64,000 bases of DNA from Promethearchaeota archaeon (lineage in GTDB: Archaea > Asgardarchaeota > Lokiarchaeia > Sigyniarchaeales > SOKP01), in NCBI GenBank assembly GCA_048941265.1, contig JBHLNT010000008.1, positions 10,691-74,690 of the forward strand, given 5' to 3'. This document shows, one piece after another, positions 59,457-64,000 of the stretch (position 1 is its first letter; every line of letters begins with the position of its first letter). Below the pieces are notes generated by a model. That model was not told the origin of the DNA. It was given only the letters and a program-made list of their open reading frames with translations, and made no database searches. The translations under genes were made by a program, and so were the position numbers.

Positions 59457-61610
59457 TTATAAAGAAGTAAAAAAAAGATAACCAAAATGGATTAATCCGC
59501 CAATTAATAATGCTATTGATATTTCCATAAAAGAAATTTGCAGGGCATATTTCCAATTGGTTTGTTTAGCAATAATAATAATTGTTGCAAAACAAGGTAT
59601 ATATAGCATGGTGACCAGACAAAATACAATCATTTGGATGGGTGTCATGAGTTCTAAAAGAGTCAGACCCATCGATGAGGCAAGGAGTGCAAGAAGCACC
59701 AATGTTAATTCCTTGCGTAATATTCCATAGAGCAAAAATACACCAGTAACTATCGGGAGACCTAACCAGAAAACTGTAATTGGTGATAATACAATATTGA
59801 TTGGATCTAATGCTCTTAACTCAAGTAAGATCTCCAGTATAATTCCGAGTACTATAATTAGAGGTAAAGCTTTATAAATAAATTCTTTTGACCTTATCCA
59901 GGTCTGTTTTGTTATTACACTATAATTTGGTACTCGATACTCATGCATTTCCATAATAAGTTCTGTACACACTCCTGGCATGGTTTTATTTAATATTCTT
60001 CCAACTAAGAGAATCACTGAAAAATTTATAGCAAACAAAAATAAAAGCCAAAACAAGCCTAAATATCGACCTACTAAACCCATTACCACCGTCATAACTG
60101 CTGCACAGGGAACAAGCGAAGATAAAACAATCGATATTCTTTTCTCTCTTTCTGTTTCCATGATTCTACATCCTGCACAGGCAGGAACATTACACCCAAA
60201 TCCCAATATCATGGGAATGATTGTTTTGCCATGAACTCCAAGAGCATGCATAACTCTATCCATAAGAAAGGCTGCCCGAGGAAGATAACCCGAATCCTGT
60301 AAAATTTCAATAATTAAAAAGAACGGTATTACGTATACTAATACACCTCCAACGGCACCAAAAAATCCCCCAACAGCTCCATTCCAAAAAATTTTTACCC
60401 AAATATTATTTTCTCCGTATGTATCATATATCGGCACACTTAAATTTCCATATAAAACCTCTAATAATCCTCCCAAAAAATCGCCAACTGTAAATGTAAA
60501 AGCATAAATACCGAAGATAACCAATACTAAAATAACATATCCCCAAAAAGAGTGGGTCGTTAGATGATCGATTTTATCAGCTAAAGAAGTTTTTTTAGCT
60601 TTTTCTTTAGATTTTCTCTGCATTACTTTTTCAATTACTTGATGGATATTGTTATAAATTTCAGATGAGATAATTGTATGGATATCTTCTCCATGATATT
60701 CTTCTAGTTCATTTCGATATTTCTTAGCAATTTCAATGCTATTTCGTAATTTGTCGTCGCTCTCAAAAATCTTTTTTATTTCTTCATCGTCTTCTAATAG
60801 TTTTATTGCTAAAAACCTTGGAGGATATTGGAAACTTGCAAAATGTTCTTGATATTTATTTATCTTTACTGTTAAATCTTTTATTTTAGATTCAACCTCT
60901 TTTCCAAACGAAAGTATAGAAGATAAGTCCGGGAATTCAAATTCTCTCTTTAAAGGAGGCCATGATTTTACTTTATCATGTACATGTTCCTCACGATAAT
61001 AATCATGCCCGTGATGATCGCATTCTTCTAATTCCGAAGCAGAAACATCAAAATGAGAATGAAAATGACGATAAACAACCATTTCTATGGCTTCCTCAAG
61101 TAGTTGATGGACTCCTGTACCATGCACAGCCACTACAGGAAGAGCAGGGAGTTTGAAAATTCTTTCTAATTCTTCAAAATCTAACTCAATTTTTCTTTTC
61201 CTCAAAATATCCATTTGATTAATTGCCAGGATCATAGGAACCCTTAATTCTAATAACTGAAATGTGAAAAAGAGATTTCTTTCGAGATTAGTTGCATCTA
61301 TTACATTTATAATCAAATCCACTTCATCAGATACGATATATTCTCTGCTTACAATTTCTTCTAATGAATAAGTTGATAAACTGTAAATACCAGGTAAATC
61401 AACGATATTGAAATGATATCCTAAAAAATCCAAATAGCCCTCCATTCTTTCTACAGTTTTTCCGGGCCAATTCCCTATTGTCTGCGAAAGTCCTGTAAGT
61501 TGATTAAAAATAACAGACTTTCCCACATTAGGATTACCCGCTAAGGCAATATTTATTGTGTCCTTATACTTTCCTTTATTTTTCGGCTTTTTAGGTAAAT
61601 GACAACTCAT
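59457..61610 (-). CDS. feoB: Ferrous iron transporter B
   Basis: GNPNVGKS, GNWPGKTV, DLPGIYSL, GFGCNVPA, LYIPC. Confidence 0.96.
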   Translation of the reverse strand: MSCHLPKKPKNKGKYKDTINIALAGNPNVGKSVIFNQLTGLSQTIGNWPGKTVERMEGYLDFLGYHFNIVDLPGIYSLSTYSLEEIVSREYIVSDEVDLIINVIDATNLERNLFFTFQLLELRVPMILAINQMDILRKRKIELDFEELERIFKLPALPVVAVHGTGVHQLLEEAIEMVVYRHFHSHFDVSASELEECDHHGHDYYREEHVHDKVKSWPPLKREFEFPDLSSILSFGKEVESKIKDLTVKINKYQEHFASFQYPPRFLAIKLLEDDEEIKKIFESDDKLRNSIEIAKKYRNELEEYHGEDIHTIISSEIYNNIHQVIEKVMQRKSKEKAKKTSLADKIDHLTTHSFWGYVILVLVIFGIYAFTFTVGDFLGGLLEVLYGNLSVPIYDTYGENNIWVKIFWNGAVGGFFGAVGGVLVYVIPFFLIIEILQDSGYLPRAAFLMDRVMHALGVHGKTIIPMILGFGCNVPACAGCRIMETEREKRISIVLSSLVPCAAVMTVVMGLVGRYLGLFWLLFLFAINFSVILLVGRILNKTMPGVCTELIMEMHEYRVPNYSVITKQTWIRSKEFIYKALPLIIVLGIILEILLELRALDPINIVLSPITVFWLGLPIVTGVFLLYGILRKELTLVLLALLASSMGLTLLELMTPIQMIVFCLVTMLYIPCFATIIIIAKQTNWKYALQISFMEISIALLIGGLIHFGYLFFTSL

Positions 61611-61687
61611 AATATTATTTTAATTAATTGTATTAATAAACAATTATCTATTATACCTTAATTTAAATCTTTTTCTTATAAAATTGA

Positions 61688-61987
61688 TTAATAAGAGCAA
61701 GCTCCATTACATTCTACAAGAATTTTAGAAGCTATGCCTCTTCCTATCACTAAGGAAGTACCTTTTACATATATTTCTAGGGGCCCGTGAAATGGGGCTT
61801 CCTTCTTTTTTTTTATGATAGTTCCAGGAACTATTCCTAAGTTTGCTAAACGCCTTTTTGCCTTGAAACCTGAATCAACACTTAGTACCTTAACTTCCTC
61901 CCCTTTATCACATTCAGTCAAACATTTTATTAAAGGGGTACCATACCCTTTATATTCATGAGATTTTTTATGCATCGATCTTATCAT
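61688..61987 (-). CDS. feoA: FeoA
   Basis: RRLANLGIVPG...APFHGPL...LVIGRGIA. Confidence 0.92.
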   Translation of the reverse strand: MIRSMHKKSHEYKGYGTPLIKCLTECDKGEEVKVLSVDSGFKAKRRLANLGIVPGTIIKKKKEAPFHGPLEIYVKGTSLVIGRGIASKILVECNGACSY

Positions 61988-62008
61988 AACTTTTTCTCTA
62001 AGTAATAA

Positions 62009-62022
62009 TTAGATATCCCTAA
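62009..62022. promoter_or_regulatory. DtxR-type box TTAGATATCCCTAA upstream of feoA-feoB
   Basis: TTAG-N6-CTAA palindrome similar to the box at 62177. Confidence 0.55.
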
Positions 62023-62176
62023 TTTTAAATTTATTTCTTTTAAAAAATAAAGTGTATTTTAAATATGAATAAGATTTCTGGATTATATTAGTGATATTTA
62101 ATATTTAATAAGAGAATTTTTATTATTAAATCAGATACTCAAGTAATGGGAAAAGAGCCTCATTGTTTTTTCAAAA

Positions 62177-62190
62177 TTAGGTTCACCTAA
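62177..62190. promoter_or_regulatory. DtxR-type box TTAGGTTCACCTAA adjoining the TATA box of the second feoA
   Basis: TTAGG-N4-CCTAA palindrome; TTTATAAG follows at about 62195. Confidence 0.7.
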
Positions 62191-62279
62191 CAACTTTATA
62201 AGTTTTAATAACCTATCATTATTAAGAAACTATTTCTATTTCAGATCTCACCGATCTAAATAATAATAATATAATTGAT

Positions 62280-62576
62280 ATGTTTGATAAAAGTCATAGA
62301 AAAAAAGGGTATATTCGGCATTCAAAACCATTGATTAAATGTCTGACCGAGTGTGAACTCGGAACAGAACTGATAGTTTTGGGAGTCAATGCAGGACACG
62401 GAGCAAAAATGCGTTTGGCACATCTTGGAATAGTCCCGGGAGTAAAAATAATTAAGAAAAAATCTGCCCCATTTCGAGGACCAATTAATATAATAGTAAA
62501 AGGAACATCTTTAGTTTTAGGTAGAGGTTTGGCCTCTAAAATTTTAGTTAATTGTAATAATTCATGTGAAGATTGA
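62280..62576 (+). CDS. feoA: FeoA, divergent paralog
   Basis: MRLAHLGIVPG...APFRGPI...LVLGRGLA. Confidence 0.92.
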   Translation: MFDKSHRKKGYIRHSKPLIKCLTECELGTELIVLGVNAGHGAKMRLAHLGIVPGVKIIKKKSAPFRGPINIIVKGTSLVLGRGLASKILVNCNNSCED

Positions 62577-62714
62577 ATTAAAATTATTTGAGATATTGTC
62601 ATCTCTAACATTTCATTTTTAGAAAAGGTTTGATCATTAGAATTTATTGTCTATCTATTAATCTTATTAACCTTGTTTTACATCGAGAGCATAATATTTG
62701 TAAATTTCCATATT

Positions 62715-63542
62715 TTATAGGATTAATAAACTCAAAGCCATGACAAACATTCCAGTGATTATGCCCAATATTGCGATATGTTCTTTACCAATTGAGTGGG
62801 ATACGGGGAGTAATTCATCCAGCGAAATATATATCATAATACCTGCTGCTACCGCTAGCATTGCTCCTAATAAAAATGTATTAATAAATGGAAAGAATAT
62901 CAAGCCAACTACCAACGCTCCTACGAATTCACTGATTCCGGATAAAAAAGACCAAAAGAATGCCTTTTTTCTGTCATTAGTATAGGCATATACAGGAACG
63001 GAAACCGCTATACCTTCCGGAATATTATGAATCGCAATAGCAATTGCTAATATGAATCCTAATTCTACATCTTCTACAGTACCTATTACTGTAACCATTC
63101 CTTCGGGGATATTATGAATAAATACGCCAAGAAACACAAACTTTGATGTTTTTTCCAGATTAATGTTATTCACTTCTTTGTCATGATGAGCACGATGACG
63201 ATAATGACGGTGATGATAAGGATCTTTTAATTTTTTATCATTTGTAAGCATCTCGATTGAATCTTCAAATTCATATTCATGAGTAACTGATACATCAATC
63301 AAAAGCAATAACAACATCCCTACAAAGAAGAAGAAAATTCCGGAATTAAATCCAATAGATTCGATACTATGTTGTAGGAGCTCGACAAAAGATACAAGAA
63401 TCATAACACCTGCTGAAAAACCCATAATTAAAGATATAAATTTTGGATTCGGTTCTTTAACGAAAAACGAAAAGATACAACCCAAAGTTGTTGCCAAGCC
63501 AGCAAATAAAGCTAACAAAAGACCAATAATTAGAACATCCAA
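62715..63542 (-). CDS. zupT: ZIP family metal transporter
   Basis: GFSAGVM, HNIPEG twice, AAGIMIYISLDELLP, His-rich loop. Confidence 0.92.
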   Translation of the reverse strand: MDVLIIGLLLALFAGLATTLGCIFSFFVKEPNPKFISLIMGFSAGVMILVSFVELLQHSIESIGFNSGIFFFFVGMLLLLLIDVSVTHEYEFEDSIEMLTNDKKLKDPYHHRHYRHRAHHDKEVNNINLEKTSKFVFLGVFIHNIPEGMVTVIGTVEDVELGFILAIAIAIHNIPEGIAVSVPVYAYTNDRKKAFFWSFLSGISEFVGALVVGLIFFPFINTFLLGAMLAVAAGIMIYISLDELLPVSHSIGKEHIAILGIITGMFVMALSLLIL

Positions 63543-63762
63543 GAAAGCTACCTTTTATCTCCAGTTTCAATAACTCAGTTGATAGTTAAAAATGAAATCG
63601 AATTAATGAAAGTTGGCAAATTATTAAATAGCAAAGTTTTTTATTATATCTATATTAAAGAATGAGTTTATCTTAGATTAATTCATTTAAGCGTGTAAAT
63701 TAACAATATAAAGCTTATTTAACTTTAAGATTATATTTGTTATTTATCATTCAGTCAAAAGG

Positions 63763-64000
63763 GTGGGTAAAATAATAAAAATTTTTATTGTTGAGGATGA
63801 CCGTTCATTGAGATCATTATACGAAAGGGCTTTAAATTTAAATGGTTATAAAGTAGTAGCATCAGCAGAAAATGGAGTTGATGCGGTAAATATTTTTAAA
63901 AACTTTTCTGAAAAGCCTGATGTTATTTTAATGGATCATCGCATGCCATTAAAAAGCGGAATTGAAGCAGCTAAGGAAATTTTAGAGCTTGATAATGAAA
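63763..64000 (+). CDS. Response regulator receiver domain (3'-truncated; absent from the ORF track)
   Basis: GTG then KIFIVEDD...AENGVDAV...PDVILMDHRMPLKSGIEAAKEI. Confidence 0.9.
   Translation, partial: MGKIIKIFIVEDDRSLRSLYERALNLNGYKVVASAENGVDAVNIFKNFSEKPDVILMDHRMPLKSGIEAAKEILELDNE

Noticed and set aside
712-62985. Many short antisense or nested ORFs in the track (e.g. 1111-1539, 24402-24935, 35430-35786, 46964-47365, 62294-62611)
   Set aside because: They lie opposite or within well-supported genes and have no motifs; they are shadow ORFs

Overview
Very AT-rich archaeal chromosome segment, most likely an Asgard archaeon of the Lokiarchaeia type. This assignment is inferred from Rab-like GTPases, a longin-like protein, ubiquitin-fold and RING-like proteins, and archaeal AlaRS, DtdA, MptA and CofGH. 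About 60 CDSs; I saw no rRNA, tRNA, CRISPR array or transposase. Main blocks: (i) persulfide reductase-like flavoprotein and a deviant CooS; (ii) paired degenerate GTPase-Zn fusions, paired metallophosphoesterases and alaS; (iii) an 18.3-23.5 kb divergent cluster with a UFM1/SAMP-register ubiquitin-like protein ending in a single Gly, a soluble RING-like protein, a multi-TM protein with an 8-Cys RING-like tail, a wHTH regulator, a membrane-anchored Gly-less paralog of the Ubl and a Rab-like GTPase (best candidate for an undescribed system); (iv) ftsZ, EndoQ-like and TPR genes and an AT-rich islet of tiny ORFs; (v) dispersed methanopterin/F420 biosynthesis genes; (vi) a glycyl radical enzyme separated from its activase by a block containing a SIR2-domain protein; (vii) a Feo/ZIP metal-uptake locus with DtxR-type boxes. 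Several genes appear to start at near-cognate codons (ATT, ATA, ACG). All calls come from motif recognition by eye; no database searches were run.
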